A stretch of 64,000 nucleotides of DNA from Eledone cirrhosa (GCA_964016885.1 OZ024743.1:171864001-171928000); one strand, 5' to 3'; counted from the first letter of the stretch, positions 14,561 through 28,520 are shown. The notes: generated from the letters alone by a model not told the origin. Numbers and translations: made by a program.

Positions 14561-15635
14561 AAATGACTATCAACAACATGTTCCACAAGAGGAGTGATGT
14601 CGATAGACTCTACTTAAGGAGATCTGAAGGTGGAAGGGGTCTTATCAGCATAGAGGACTGTGTTCAGATGGAGAAAAACAACCTACACAAATACGTGACT
14701 GATAGTAAGGAACCAATGCTCAGAACTGTACTGAAGGAGAGGAAAATAGACCGGGGGATGTCCAGGGAGGAAATAACAACAAGGAGAAAGAGCAGCCTTC
14801 AGGAAAAATCCCTTCATAGTACCTCCTTTGAGAAAACTGAATTCAGAGATCCACAGACATGGAACTGGTTGAAAAGAGGAGACCTTAAAAAGGCTACAGA
14901 AGGAATTTTAATGGCTGCGCAAGAGCCAACCCTCAAAACGAAGTGGTTGAAGCACCATATTTACAAGGAGGAGGCTAGCCCACTGTGCAGGATCTGTGGA
15001 GAGAGAGAGGAGACTGTGGCTCACATTGTATCCGAGTGTAAACACCTAGCCCAGACTCACTATAAGGGCTGGAGACATGATGTGATGGGCAGGGTGATCC
15101 ACTGGCACCTATGCAAAGTAAACAATTTACCACATTCTGAGAAGTGGTATGAACATAAGCCAGAGTCGGTGATAGAACACGATCAGGTGAAGGTGCTGTG
15201 GGATTTTAGGATACAGACGGACAAGAAACTGGAACACAATAGACCTGACCTGGTGGTTTTGGACAAATAAAAAAGATCGTGCCTGATTGTGGACGTGGCC
15301 TGCCCATTCGACACAAGAGTGCAAGAGAAGGAGAGAGAGAAAATTAACCGATACCAGGATTTAAATTGGGAGGTAAAAAGGATTTGGAACTGCCATGAAA
15401 TCAAAGTGGTCCCGATTGTCACAGGCGCACTAGGTACTATCTCAAAACGTTTCCAGGGATGGTTAAAGAAAATTGGCCCCTTCACGCTTTTTGGAACGCT
15501 TCAAAAGGCATGCTTGCTGGGAACAGCAATAACCCTCCGATACGTCCTGAATATCTGAGGCTGCAGGTAGTGGCTTGATATTCATTTCAACAAACTTTCC
15601 ACTTAACTAACATCAATGACTGAGACTCAAAGAAC

Positions 15636-15691
<56 letters not shown>
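14561..15691 (+). mobile_element. R4/Dong-type non-LTR retrotransposon, family 1, 5'-truncated, (TAA)n tail
   Basis: RLYL.R..GGRGL, CRIC-x8-H-x4-C, RHD and RPD..D..C restriction-like endonuclease motifs, EK..RYQDL, VVPIVTGALG; (AAT)n tail 15635-15691. Confidence 0.9.
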
Positions 15692-15692
<1 letters not shown>

Positions 15693-18301
15693 GTCACCAC
15701 TCACTTATGTGGAGTGAAAATGAAAAAACAAAGGAATTCCCACAAGAAATCTACTTGGCAAGAGAACATCAATCGCCAAATAAACCTTCTCCGATCTGAC
15801 ATAGAAATTTTAACAAACTATAAAGTAGGTGAAAATGTTAAACAAACTAAACTTAGAAAATTGAAAAGAAAGTACAGTATAAAATCAACAAGTGACATAG
15901 ACATGCTGATAGAAATAATCAAGCAAAAAGTGTCGGCCAAAGCTGCTCGTATAAGGCGCTTTGAAAAACGATCTAGATTCTATAAGGACAATAATATGTT
16001 CAAAAACAACCAAAGAAACTTCTACAGAAAAATTGGTAAGTCAACAATAACTGCTAAATCAATACCACCCAAGGAGGATGTGCAAGAAATCTGGGAAAAG
16101 ATCTGGGCCGAAGAAAAAGTTCATAATATACATGCTCCATGGATAGACAGACAAATGAAAGATACAGCTCACCGTGAGAAACAAATATAGGAAAATATAA
16201 CAGTTGAACAGTTGCGTTTGGCTCTTAGAAAAACCAGCAAATGGAAATCCCCAGGAAAAGACAAAATACAAAATTTTGGATAAATGCCTTCCCAGTCTCA
16301 TGAGCTGTTAGCCCAACTTTACATTAAATAGTTAAGAAGCCAGAAAAGATACCATCATGGCTAGTTAACGGCATTACATTCCTGCTTCCGAAGAATGATG
16401 AGACAAACAATCCCAAAAATTACAGACCGATAACTTGCTTCACCACAATGTATAACATTTTAACATCAGTCCTAACTGAATATACATATGAGCACCTGAT
16501 AACAAATGACCTATTTCCCATTGAGCAGAAAGGGTGTAAACGAGGCTCATATGGCTGTAAGGATCAGCTTTTGGTTAACAAAATGATACTGGAAGATTGT
16601 CATAATAGACACAAAAATCTGTCAATTGCTTGGATAGATTATAAAAAAGCATTCGATAGTTTGCCACACAGTTGGATTGAAAAATGTTTAGAGATTTTCA
16701 AAATATCCCCCGTTGTCAGGAGGTTTTTGTCGTTCACTATGAAGACATAGAATACGACACTCTTTTTGAATAGTGAAACAAAATCACTGGAAGCTGGAGA
16801 AGTTAATATTAATTGTGGAATTTTTCAGGGTGACTCTTTATCACCGCTTTTATTCTGCATCGCACTTATACCATTAAGTAAAATACTCAATGAAATAAAA
16901 CATGGATATAAAGTTTATGTCAAAACCATTAATCACTTGTTCTACATGGATGACCTGAAACTATTTCCAAAAAATTATGAACAATTGTGGAGCAGTTCAG
17001 TGATGACATTAAAATGGAGTTTGGACTAGATAAATGCGCCAAAGCAACGTTCACCAGAGGAAAGCTGCTGAAAAGTTCAGACATTAATCTTGATCGTGGG
17101 AATGTGATAAGAGAACTTGATCAAGAGGTAACTTACAAATATCTAGACGGAAACAAGCACTCGACAATAAGGGAAAGGATAAGGAAGGAATGCTAGTACA
17201 GAATAAGAGCAATTTTAAGAACGCTATTGAATGCCAGGAATAGGATTGATGCCATAAACACGCTTGCAATACCAGTAGTAACCTACATTTACAATGTCAT
17301 CAACTGATCAAGTCCAGAGATCCGTAGGCTTGATACAAAAATTAGAAAAGTCTTAACCATGCACAGAATGCATCACCCAAAGGCATATACAGATAGAATA
17401 TATCTCGTTAGGAAAGAAGGAGGACGTGGATTAATCTAGTTAGATATTGCTTTGAAAACTGGAACAATTGGATTATCTACATATCTAAGGGAATCACATG
17501 ATTGGATGATCAAACTCGTTTTGAAACATGAAAGCATCAAAAGATCATACTCCATTACAAAAGATGCAGAATGATACAGTAATGGACTACAAATTTCAGA
17601 AGTTCCATTTACTGCTGAAATGAAAAACACAGAAAAATCAAAGCTGGTAAAAGTAACTGCAAAGAAAGAACTGCTACAGAAACTGGCTAAGAAATGGCAA
17701 GAAAAGCCTCTGTATAGAAAATACCCAGAAAGAGCTAACAATCCTGATGTTGACAAAACTTTAACCCATTAAAGTCCTCTGGACTGAAATCGGAGACTGA
17801 AGGACTGATTATATCAATCAGCCAACAAAAAATTAATTATCAAGCTAACATCATAAAAAATGGATGCAATCATTTATGCTGTGTACGTAAAAAACAACCA
17901 GAGACCATTGATCATATAATTTCAATGTGCAGTTCTATAGCTCCAACCGAATACCTAAAGAGGCACGTCAGAGCTGCACAATACATACATTGGATAAGGC
18001 ATAAACATTTTGACCTGCCCCATCAAAAGAATTGGTGGGAGCATCAACCACCTCCCGTACTTGAAAAAGATCACATCTCAATCTTGTGGAATTTTAGCAT
18101 CCAAACAGACCTAAAGATAAATGCAAATAGACCTGATATAATACTGAAGGACTTTAAAAAGAGGGTATGCCTGCTAATTGATATGTCCGTTCCAATAGAC
18201 AAGAATGTATCTATAAAAACATTTGAAAAATTGAGCAAGTATAAAGAACTGGAGATAGAAATTGGAAAAATGTGGAAGTTGAGAAATAAAACAATACCAG
18301 T
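15692..18301 (+). mobile_element. R4/Dong-type non-LTR retrotransposon, family 2, degenerate (RT plus RLE)
   Basis: NYRPITC, EQKGC, WIDYKKAFDS, GIFQGDSLSPLLF, HLFYMDDLKL and RPDI..D motifs; many stops and frameshifts; 3' end cut off. Confidence 0.9.
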
Positions 18302-18425
18302 GGACCCCGTCGGGCTCATCAATTTTCCTATTACACACTCTATTACCCTAAGTATTGAGTACTCTGGTGCGTTATGGTCCATCTGGTTCCTTACCATAAC
18401 TCCCTTGTTTTATATATATATAAAT
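18302..18425. repeat. Dispersed short repeat next to (TA)n, likely a PLE terminal fragment
   Basis: ATTGAGTACTCTGGTGCGTTATGGTCCATCTGG is shared with 49259-49345 and, as reverse complement, with about 52277-52345. Confidence 0.75.
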
Positions 18426-18515
18426 GTAATCTGAGTTTTTCGAATATTAATAATAACATTCGATTCGTTTGCAATTTTGCAAACAAGCCTCAATTTTATA
18501 GCCATGTCAGTAGAT

Positions 18516-21500
18516 ATATACTCTTTTACGCTTTACGGTTGAGGCCAGCTGGGGCACTGCCCTTGTTGCTTCACTTTCTATACCTACCATGCGTTGGCTG
18601 GCCATTGATGTAGGAGGGAGTTCGTTGCTACTACTCTTAGGTCACATTCATTCCGTGCTGTGGGTTCATCTGCGATCTTGTATAGTAGAATGTCCTTTCC
18701 TGAAAACATGCACGTCCACACCTTGTGGATCTCTCAGGTTTCTTTGCGGGCTTATTAAATAATGTTCTGTCTTTGAACCGCAGGCAATTGCAATATCTTC
18801 TCCTTTCTCTAGATGTGAATGATGGGGTCTTTGGCACTACACTGTAATCCGGTCCAGCTTTCGATGCCAAATTTTGGTACTAATCTTTCCAGGATCTTCT
18901 ATATGTATACCACTGCATACCTCTCCCGCCTTCGTTCCAAGGAGTACAGTATTAATTTTTTTAGCTTCTCCCAGTAGCTCATCTTCCTTGTGTAGCTTCG
19001 TTTGATTACTTCAAGCTCCGTGGTTAGTTTGACACTATTGGGTGACCACAGTTGGGAGCAATATTCCAGGCGGCTTAGAAAAAGTGTTCTCCACAGTACG
19101 AACATGGTTTCTTGGTCTCTTACTTGAAAGTCCTCAAGATCCAGCCAGCGAGTTGTCGGCACTCTGTCGCCATTTTCAAGATATGTGAATGAAACGATGT
19201 ATCATCGCTCATGTCACGTATCGATATAGACACGGAGATTTAGATCGCTCCTGGTCCGGTGAAGCTTTGCAGATTGATATCGTAGGACTTGACATTTTCC
19301 AACATTGAATTGAATGTTATTGTCATTAGCCCATTTGTATATGGCATCCAGATCTTGTTGTAAAAGAGTAGCATCAGCCACGTTCATGATTGCCTGTGCT
19401 ACTGTTGTGTCATCAGCATAGCTAGTGAGGGATGTTGTATATACTACTTAGAGCATGTCTGAAAGAGCCACGAAAGAAAACAAAAAGATAGTAGTGGCCC
19501 TAAGACAGTGCCCTGAGGCACCATGTTTTTTATTGCTATTTCTTTGACTGCAACAATCTGGCTCCTGTCATTTGATAAGTCATGCAGCCATTCACCTAAT
19601 TTTCCAACTATGCCGAATATGTGTAGTTCGTGACATATCATTCCATGTCAAGATATATCACATCCACATGTGAGTGGTCCAGCAGCTCTTTCAGTACTCT
19701 GTCTTAGTGTTGGCGAAAGCCATGCTGAGTTTTCTCTCATTTCTTCTATAGCTGATATTACATCTTCCTCCATTATATCTATGTGGTTGATGGTCACCAT
19801 TTCTCCGTGTAGTTTTGTGGCACCATGGAATTTACCTGGTTTTGTTATTTGCATGTGCATCATTGGATGCGTGAAAACACTTTTCTCATTCATCCATTGA
19901 GGATCCTCAGGCAATGAGCTACTTTTTGGAAAAGTGGGCCAATCTTGTAGTGTACCGAGGTAGTCTCTTTTACAAATTTAAAGAAGGTCTTAAGGTTTAT
20001 TTTATTGTCTATGGCTCTAACGTCTCTCTCTTCCCTCTCCTTCTGATGGGAAAGTTTGAGTGAAGTTTCAGTTTTAAGCAGTACCTGTTTCAAATGGGTT
20101 TCTTTCTTGTTCTTGTTGTGCATTTAAAAGGCTTCAGATCTTTGTTATTTGTTTCATAAGGATTTTCCTGTCTGTTGGCCTTTTTTCCGGGAAAAACTTA
20201 CGGCATATCGTTTTTATTTTTGTCATGAAATGTTGAAATTAAACGTTGGTGTCTTGTGTGGAGATGTGGCACTTTTTATGCTTCAGGATCTCTTCCTGGA
20301 TCATTTTCCAGTTAAAGTTGTGACAGTTTACGCTGGATATATTCCCGATGCTTTCTAGTGGTTGCGCCTCTACTGACTCCCTCGGACCATATATCATTAG
20401 TCACCTTTACATTGTGGGTGTGCACTGCGTTATTTTTTGTAAAGCAGATGTCCAGGACATTCTCACCTCTTCTTGGGTGAAGTACTACTTGCTCAATGAA
20501 CAGCCTGGTTGTGAGGTCCAGCAAGGATTTTGTCTGTCTCTGTTCGGGTGCTGTCATTCTTGGGAGGAGGTGGGCTTCAGAGGCACTTCAAACTAAAAGT
20601 CGTGACTAGGGGCGTCTGGTGGCCGATATGTGACATATATTACAGTGTTAAGTTGTTTTATATGTACTATCAGTGTGTCACTGAAATGTACAATGCAACT
20701 CCTCCAGGAATTCTGTCCCTCCTGTCCAAACGAAATACAGTATACTCTGGTATGTGTATTTCCACATCTGCTATACTAGTTGTCAGGTGAGTTTCAGTTA
20801 GTGCCATGCATATTTCTTGATTGCTTATGACTAAGTCTGACAGGTAGGGAATTTTACTCATGTTGGTGAGTTTCACCAGGTCCCTGATATTCAACAGCAG
20901 CACTGATGTGACATTTGGGGTGTCAGCAGATATTCTGGTTGGTTCAGGGATGGCCACCCTCGGTGCTTTGATAGTGGTGATCTTCAGTGTTGCTGTGAGT
21001 GACTTTGGCTCTGAAAGCGATGGAGCCAGGTCAGTTATCTTACAATCGTTTCTGTCATTTCTAAGAAAGACTGCTGCTTTAATGCTACAGTCTGTACTGC
21101 GTCTGAATATGCATATTGTCTCCTCTTTGTTGGGGTGACACGTGCAACACTAGTATATTTCAGGGGCAGTGACCCTATGTGTTGTGTTGTGTGTTTGTAT
21201 TGGTTTTGACTGGGGTATTTGGGATGAGCAGGCTGGACGTAGCCAACCTGTGGCGAGGTGTGAGCCAACTTGTAACCTGTTCCTGCTTCTCCATGCTAGC
21301 AGTTCCCCTTTCTGAAGAAATGACAGGTTACCTGGGTTTTCTTTTTCCCAGGATCGCGGCGTCGTATTTTGTTCTTCCCTTGGACAGTTGTCCACTGGTA
21401 ACTTTCTCCTTGGATTCCCTTCTTTGTCTGGTGGTTCCTTGTTCAATCTTTACCGCATTCCTGTTGTTCACCCGGCCTGTCTTCCCTGACTACGTTGCCG

Positions 21501-21900
21501 GCCATCCTACTTGCGGTGGATCTCAGCTCCTTCTGTGCCAGTGTAGACAATTTGTGGCCAGTCTTTGTTTTTACTTTTATCCTTTTCTTTGTCTTCTTCC
21601 TCCTTGGTCTCACCCTCGAGGATACAGATCAGCAAAGCTAAGTGTGGCCCTTTGAGGGCATAGGCCCTCTTAATTTCCTTCTTTTTTCTCTCTATCTGTG
21701 CAAAAGTTCTCAAAAAGCCATGGCTTTTCAAGGTTTCCGCAATTAGTTTGTTTGGGGGTGACCCATCAGCTAGGATCCATCCTTTAATAATTGCTTCCAG
21801 TTTTATTTTTGTCCAATTTCGTTGGCTTTTATTAATTTTAACTATATTGCCTCCTTGCATGTGGTCCATTTCGCTGGAATCTCTGCAAGTATCTCCTATT
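18516..21900 (-). mobile_element. CR1/L2-group LINE, degenerate (ORF1 remnant, APE, RT, 3' tail)
   Basis: APE: LLNIR..., LTETHL, RLDR...GGVALYI. RT: VPQGTVLGPLL, YADD at about 19410-19420, LEYCSQLWSP, YSLERRRER. Confidence 0.85.
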
Positions 21901-21921
21901 TTCTGAGAGGATAGGAAGTTG

Positions 21922-21987
<66 letters not shown>

Positions 21988-22194
21988 TGAGGGAGAGGGA
22001 GTGAGGGAGGGATAGAGAGAGTGAGGGAGGGAGAGAGAGAGCGAGAGCGAGTGGGTGACATAATGAGGTGGAGAATGGTTGCAGGAGTGAGAGCTAGAAA
22101 ATATATATATATATATGTATGTATTTTCTTGATATCTTTTTGCACCTGTATCACCTTTATGCATAACTTTCTCTATAATATGCTTATTATAATC

Positions 22195-22376
22195 ACTGTT
22201 TCTACTTTAGGCACAAGGCCAGCAATTACTCAGTACATTACTGGTACTTTATTTTATCGAACTCGTAAGGATGAAAGACAAAGTTAACCTCGGCGCGATT
22301 TGAACTCAGACTGTAAAGGGACGTAACTATGCTAGAAACATGGCGTCCAACCCTCTACCGATACTGCCAATTCACC
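22195..22376 (-). mobile_element. tRNA-derived SINE
   Basis: Reverse complement of the family consensus, including the A box TGGCAGTATCGG and B box GAGTTCAAATC. Confidence 0.9.
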
Positions 22377-22624
22377 TTACTTTAAGTAATAACCTCTTCA
22401 CAACAGCTCACAATATGCTGCTATATTTTACTTTAATATCATTTTGATACTCTTGATTTTCAATGAGAAGTCACTGACACTGTTCTTAATGAATGTTCTA
22501 AAGACTAGGAATGTAATTACTTGTTTAAACATTGTATAAGCTCCGTTAAATCCAGACAATTATCTGGAAGAAACGATCGTCAGCAATTAAATGTATTAAG
22601 CAAAAATGTGATTGTTTTATATTT

Positions 22625-22699
<75 letters not shown>

Positions 22700-22758
22700 A
22701 TGATTTCTCCCGAATGAAACAGTTCTAGTCCTGTAGAAGCCATTTCTCGCTCTCTCTT

Positions 22759-22833
<75 letters not shown>

Positions 22834-22861
22834 CACACTCACACACACACATATATATATA

Positions 22862-23550
22862 TAATGCGAAGAAATACCTGTGATGGCTAGTAGATCACTG
22901 ATGATGGATAGTCCTGGCTTTTCTTTCTAATATTTATTCACATGTATCACATTTGCAACAACACGGCATGCCATTTTTCATTCCTATATGCTTTCCCCTT
23001 CGCTGTGACCTGTCTTTTTCTCTTCCCTTACTGCTATCCTCTTTCTCTCTCCCCCTTCTCTCTCCTTCTACCTCTTACTTTCATTCACTCCCTCTGCTAG
23101 TCACCCTCTCTCGTCTAGCCTCTTCCTCACACTTTCACTCCCTCACTCTCTGCTACTCAACCTCTCTCACTTCCCCCATCGTCCCATACCGTGCGAAATT
23201 CTTTTCTCGCTCACTTTTCGCACGGCCGAGATGTGTCTTTCGTCTTCTCTTCAATGATTCGAAAGTTCTTATGTTCACATGAATCACTGACTTGATTTTC
23301 TCATTTTTTCCTCTCTTTACGTTGCCTCACCATTCTTGTTTGTTTACCTGTCTCTCTTTCTCCACCCAATTCTTTTTATCCCAATAATTTATTTTAGTTA
23401 TTGTTCGCGCTAGCCTTAGGTATCTGATCTTTAATGCGAAGAAATACCTATGATAGCTAGTAGATCACTGATGAGGGTTAGTCCTGGCTTCTCTTTCTAA
23501 TTTTTATTCACATGTATCACATTTGCAACAACACAACACGCCATTTTTCA

Positions 23551-23553
<3 letters not shown>
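22862..23553 (+). repeat. Pair of ~122-bp direct repeats 570 bp apart (pseudo-LTR-like)
   Basis: 22862-22983 matches 23432-23553; they flank a pyrimidine-rich core and sit between (TA)n runs. Confidence 0.85.
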
Positions 23554-23602
<49 letters not shown>

Positions 23603-23647
23603 ATATTAATAAATGGAAACTATATTTATAAAACCATATTTATTTTA

Positions 23648-23700
23648 TTATACATATTTCAAGGGCAACCAAGGCAAATTATGGTGCGCTTTCATCAGAT
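23648..23700 (-). ncRNA. Degenerate hammerhead motif at the PLE 3' end
   Basis: Minus strand: CTGATGA-AAGCGCACC...GGTTGCCCTT-GAAA-TAT-GTA, then AATAAA; stem I is weak. Confidence 0.55.
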
Positions 23701-24326
23701 AAAATACAGATTTGTTTTATAAATAAATATTGACATACCCGGTAAAAAGACAACCTTAACGATTGAGCTTCCTGGATAGTAGAGATATTACATTTATTGA
23801 GGGTAATACAAAATTATGAGTGAGTATGCAAATGAGTGTCCGAAAGGTTGAAAAGATAACGGTTTATTTTAATTAAACAGTTGGAAGAAGGTGATATGTG
23901 AGGGAGAGAGGTAAAAATAGAAAAAGGAAAAAAGAAAAAAGAAAAAAGAAAAAAGAAAAAAGAAAGAAAAAGGAAGAAGAGAAAGGTAGAAGAGGAAAGA
24001 AAGAACGATTATATATATTGATAGTGAAAATAGAGTGCATGAATAGATAAACAGCGTAAGTAAAACAGCGTAAAACAGCGTAAAAGAGAAAAGAAATGAT
24101 AATAACGTGGAAGAAGAATATTTATAATGCAGGATTCATTACGTTTTGATTATAATACTTATAATGATAGGTTGAAAAATTAGATTTAAATTAAATTTAA
24201 ATTAAAAATTAGAAATCAAAATTAAAAATTAAAATTTACCTTAATATTAAAGATTTAATTTAATAATTTAATATTAATAATTAGTTTAAATGTTAAGGAT
24301 TATAAATTATTTAATTAAATATATAT

Positions 24327-24936
24327 TATTTTACATTAGAGCAAAACTAATATAGTTTATTTTATTAAAAGTTGTAAGTCAAAATTTAAACATCCAAATA
24401 ATTCTAAATTTATGAAAAATTTACGACAGTTTACAAAAGAATAACCACTTAGTTATATTATAAAAACAGTAAGGAAGTGTAAAGGAAGTTAGAAGTGATG
24501 TTTTAAGAACTCAGATGACTCTAAGTATTAAATGTTATAAAGTTAAAAAGTAAACAATTTTTTTTATCTTAAGAATATAATTAAAACATGAACCATATGT
24601 TATTTTATACGAAGTCATAAATTTACTTGCTATATATATATAGTATTTTACATTAGAGCAAAACTTATATAGTTTATTTTATTAAAAGTTGTAAGTCAAA
24701 ATTTAAACATCCAAATAATTCTAAATTTATGAGAAATTTACGACAGTTTACAAAAGAATAACCACTTAGTTATATTATAAAAACAGTAAGGAAGTGTAAA
24801 GGAAGTTAGAAGTGATTTTTTAAGAACTCAGATGACTCTAAGTATTAAATGTTATAAAGTTAAAAAGTTTAAAAATGTTAACTTAAAACATGAACCATAT
24901 GTTATTTTATACGAAGTCATAAATTTACTTGCTATA
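24327..24936. repeat. Tandem duplication, ~317-bp period, in the PLE 3' region
   Basis: 24327-24634 matches 24644-24936. Confidence 0.9.
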
Positions 24937-26602
24937 AAGTTCAAACATTAACATTAAAATTAAAATTAAAACATTAAAAAAATTATCTTATTTAAAGCAT
25001 AAACCATAGGTTATTCCACATATATATAAAAAACATGTTTTTCCACATATATATAAACATTTGGATATATAAATTAAAAACGTTTGGAGATATAAAAATA
25101 TAGAAATATAAAAATATAAAAGAATATTTAAAGAATATAAAAATATAGTACGGTATGAAAATAATGGTCTTTCAAAGGAATTTTCAAAAGATTTTTCATA
25201 AAAACTTCCGTAAGCTTTTCAAGAAAAAAAAATTTCTTCAAGGAGTTTCAAGCAGTCATATGAAAAAATCGTATAATCTATCGATAGGTGTAATAATATA
25301 GTATATATATGTGAAGTAGAGATATGAATCATATATAGATGTAAAAGAGATAAATCATATATTACAATTTATATATATATTTAAAAGTTGAGTTTAAACG
25401 ATGTTTGCAGGAACTAAATAAATTATTACGTAAATTAATAGAGTTCTTATTTTTAGTATAAAGAATATTTCTTCAACACAAAGAGAACAATTTTGGGATA
25501 AAGCAGTGTATGAAGGAGCTTTGGAGATAATTTTCCAAAGTAAAGAATAGTTAATATTCTTGGATTTCAGGTCCCATAGATAGAGAAGCTGAAGATATTT
25601 TACCAATATTCGTAAAGGAACATTTATGGTTATTAAAACGAGATTTGAAGTCTATGGAAGTAGATCCGACATAGTTAAAGGAGTTTTCATTTGTTTTGAC
25701 ATTACAATTGTATAATATATTTTTAACTAAACAATTATTATTTAGAGGACAGTTAGATTTACTTCTACAATTACATTTATCTAAATTTATATTATTGGGA
25801 GCCGTAACATTATATTGGATATCGCTAGGGGTATTAATGCTATTCTGGTTAGGTTTTAAGTTTCTATTATTAATTCTATTAATATTCTGCGCTAAATTCA
25901 TAGTGGTGGAATATGAGAGTTTAATAGTATGTCTATTAAAGATTGAGTAATACCTGTGTGCTTAGGAAAACACCTATCTAGAGCTTTAAAGAATAATTTA
26001 GCAATAGGAGTTTTAATACTTAATGAGGAAGGGCGCGCGTACCATAATATATTTCTAGTTTTCTTTTTTCTTTTGGTTTTCGAGTTAGTGTAAGTTGTTC
26101 TATTATAATTATAGTTATGGTTAATTGGCACATCTTTATTGTCAATGTATTTAATTTCATTACTATAGCCTGCTCTACCCAACGCTTCGTTATAATATTG
26201 TGCCTTATCTTTAAATATATTTTTATTCGCTGAAATTCTAGAAATAAGTTGCTGCACAGAATTTACAATAGTGTTTTTAACGTATCTGGGGTGATTGGAA
26301 TTAAAGTTAATATAGTTTAAATTCTCGTTTAATTTATGAAATGGATAATTAAGACCAGTGTTAAGGTTTAAAGTTACATCTAAAAATTAACTATTTTATA
26401 AATATTCTCTACTTCTACTTTAAGATTAAAGCTATTAAAAAGTTGTATAATTTCTTTTCTTTTCCTATTTATTCTACAATTATTATTATTTTCAATAAGT
26501 AATAGCATATCGTCACGATATAAACCACCGGTCATGTCCGGTATTTTCCTATGTAAGGTATTGTTAATAAAAAGCCCCACAAGATATATATATATATATA
26601 TT

Positions 26603-26712
<110 letters not shown>

Positions 26713-26717
26713 TGTGA

Positions 26718-27245
26718 GTGTTGCAGATACCTAGATGATGATTAGTTGACAACTTTGCCCCTCTCTTAACACGAACTTCTAGCACAGAATCAAAGAGATC
26801 AGAGATAATAACAAAATCAGTTATTTATCTCTGTCCTTGATTCTCCTGATATCATGTATATTTATGGATGTATCTGTGCTGGAAGAAGTTGTTCATAATA
26901 GACTGTCCATTGCTAGAACAGAAGTCTAGTAAGGCCTCTCCATTTGTATACAGATCGGGGTCGCCATACTTTACAACCACTCCTTTCCATGTCAGGTGGT
27001 CAGTGACAACATGTGCATTGAAGTCAACCATCAGGATATATGACTCAGTCTTAACTGCCTCTAACGCTGCAGTGACTTCATCAAGGAGAAACCTATGTTC
27101 GGAATCCTTGTTTGACGCATAAACTTGCAGCACCCAACAGAGACCTATTTCAACCTAAGCTTCAACGGGATCCAGTCCATAACACATTCTGACAGCTGGG
27201 GGCGTCTGAGTATCCCCACTCCCACCTGACAACACACCTGATTAG
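26718..27245 (-). mobile_element. RTE-clade LINE AP-endonuclease fragment
   Basis: VGVGIL, QVYA, DFNAHV, NGEALLDFC, N.FFQH...KYT, ST(N/D)HHL. Confidence 0.8.
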
Positions 27246-28338
27246 TGGAGTTTCCATCCATGAACAGAACGCCTAGCACACAAATAAGTTGGGACCGACG
27301 ATTAAACGGTACAAACCACACCAGAGCACACAAGACAATTAAGCCTGACCACAACACACCCACAAACACACCAAGCTACAGTAACCGCACTAAACGTCAG
27401 AGAACCTGGAGCGGAACCGTGACACGATACAACACGCCGTACTCAATACACGTAGCTACCAATGTCCCCGGAACATTCTTCTGGGCTCTTGACCAATCCT
27501 TTCCACCCACACACAAATACCACAAGCTCTTTAACAGATACACAGTAACATTCTCCTTCTCCGCAACATCCAATCTAGCCGACACTATAGCGTTCACTAA
27601 TAGGACCAAAATACGCAAACATAACCAAGCACCCCAAACAAGTATTAACACAACACAAAATAACACCACACACATAATACGCAACAATGACCAACAACAA
27701 GCCAACTCCAACCAAAATGAGAACGACCAACAGCATACTAAAAACGCAGCTACCACAAGGTGCAACTGCAAAAAGCCAGAAAATTGGCCACTTGGTGGAG
27801 AGTGCCTCATCAAGAACATTGTCTACGAGTGAGATGTCTTGACCGGACATAAAGAATATACCTACATAGGTGCAACTTCAACGACATTTAAGGAGCGACT
27901 GTACAACCACAAAGGCTCCTTCAACCATAGGCCTTAGCGTTCCTAAATTAGACTGGCAGATCTGATCTGGTACCGCAAGGATAGAAACCTGAAATACCAG
28001 ATCAAATAGTCCATTTGAAGACGTGTGGCCCAACATTTCACCGGAAGAAGCTACTGCAGGTTGTACCTGGCAGAATCGGCAGAGATCATTAAATTAAAAC
28101 CAGCTATTAATTTAAAATCATACACCGCCAACGTCCTCTTAATTACCACAATTATTATCATGTTTCATCAACTTTATCATCGACCTTATTACCATTGTTA
28201 TACTTGTAACTATTATAATGTTTATCATGTCCCTTATTATTAAACATATCCCCCACTTTCACCCACCCGAACACACACTTCACACACCAACCACCCACAT
28301 ACACCACCAGCATCCTATCAATTACCACAATTATTATC

Positions 28339-28520
28339 GTGGATTGGCAGTATCGGTAGAGGGTCAGACGCTATGCTTCGACGCATAGAGTTACGGCCCT
28401 TGCCATTCTGAGTTCGAATCCCGCCGAGGTTAATTTTGCCTTTCATCCTTACGGGGTCGATAAAATAAAGTACCAGTAATGCATTGGCCTTATGCCAAAA
28501 AAGTAGAAACAGTTATTATT
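28339..28520 (+). mobile_element. tRNA-derived SINE
   Basis: A box TGGCAGTATCGG, B box GAGTTCGAATCC, family core, ATT tail. Confidence 0.9.

Larger units (their letters stand above)
23600..26580 (-). mobile_element. Penelope-like element, probably Hydra-type, with ~1.8-kb AT-rich 3' region
   Basis: GGLYRDD (ORF 26380-26580), YNEAL..AGY, CNC-x5-CPL-x3-C, ILYNC/YVGST, CSLC..E; terminal HHR. Confidence 0.85.
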
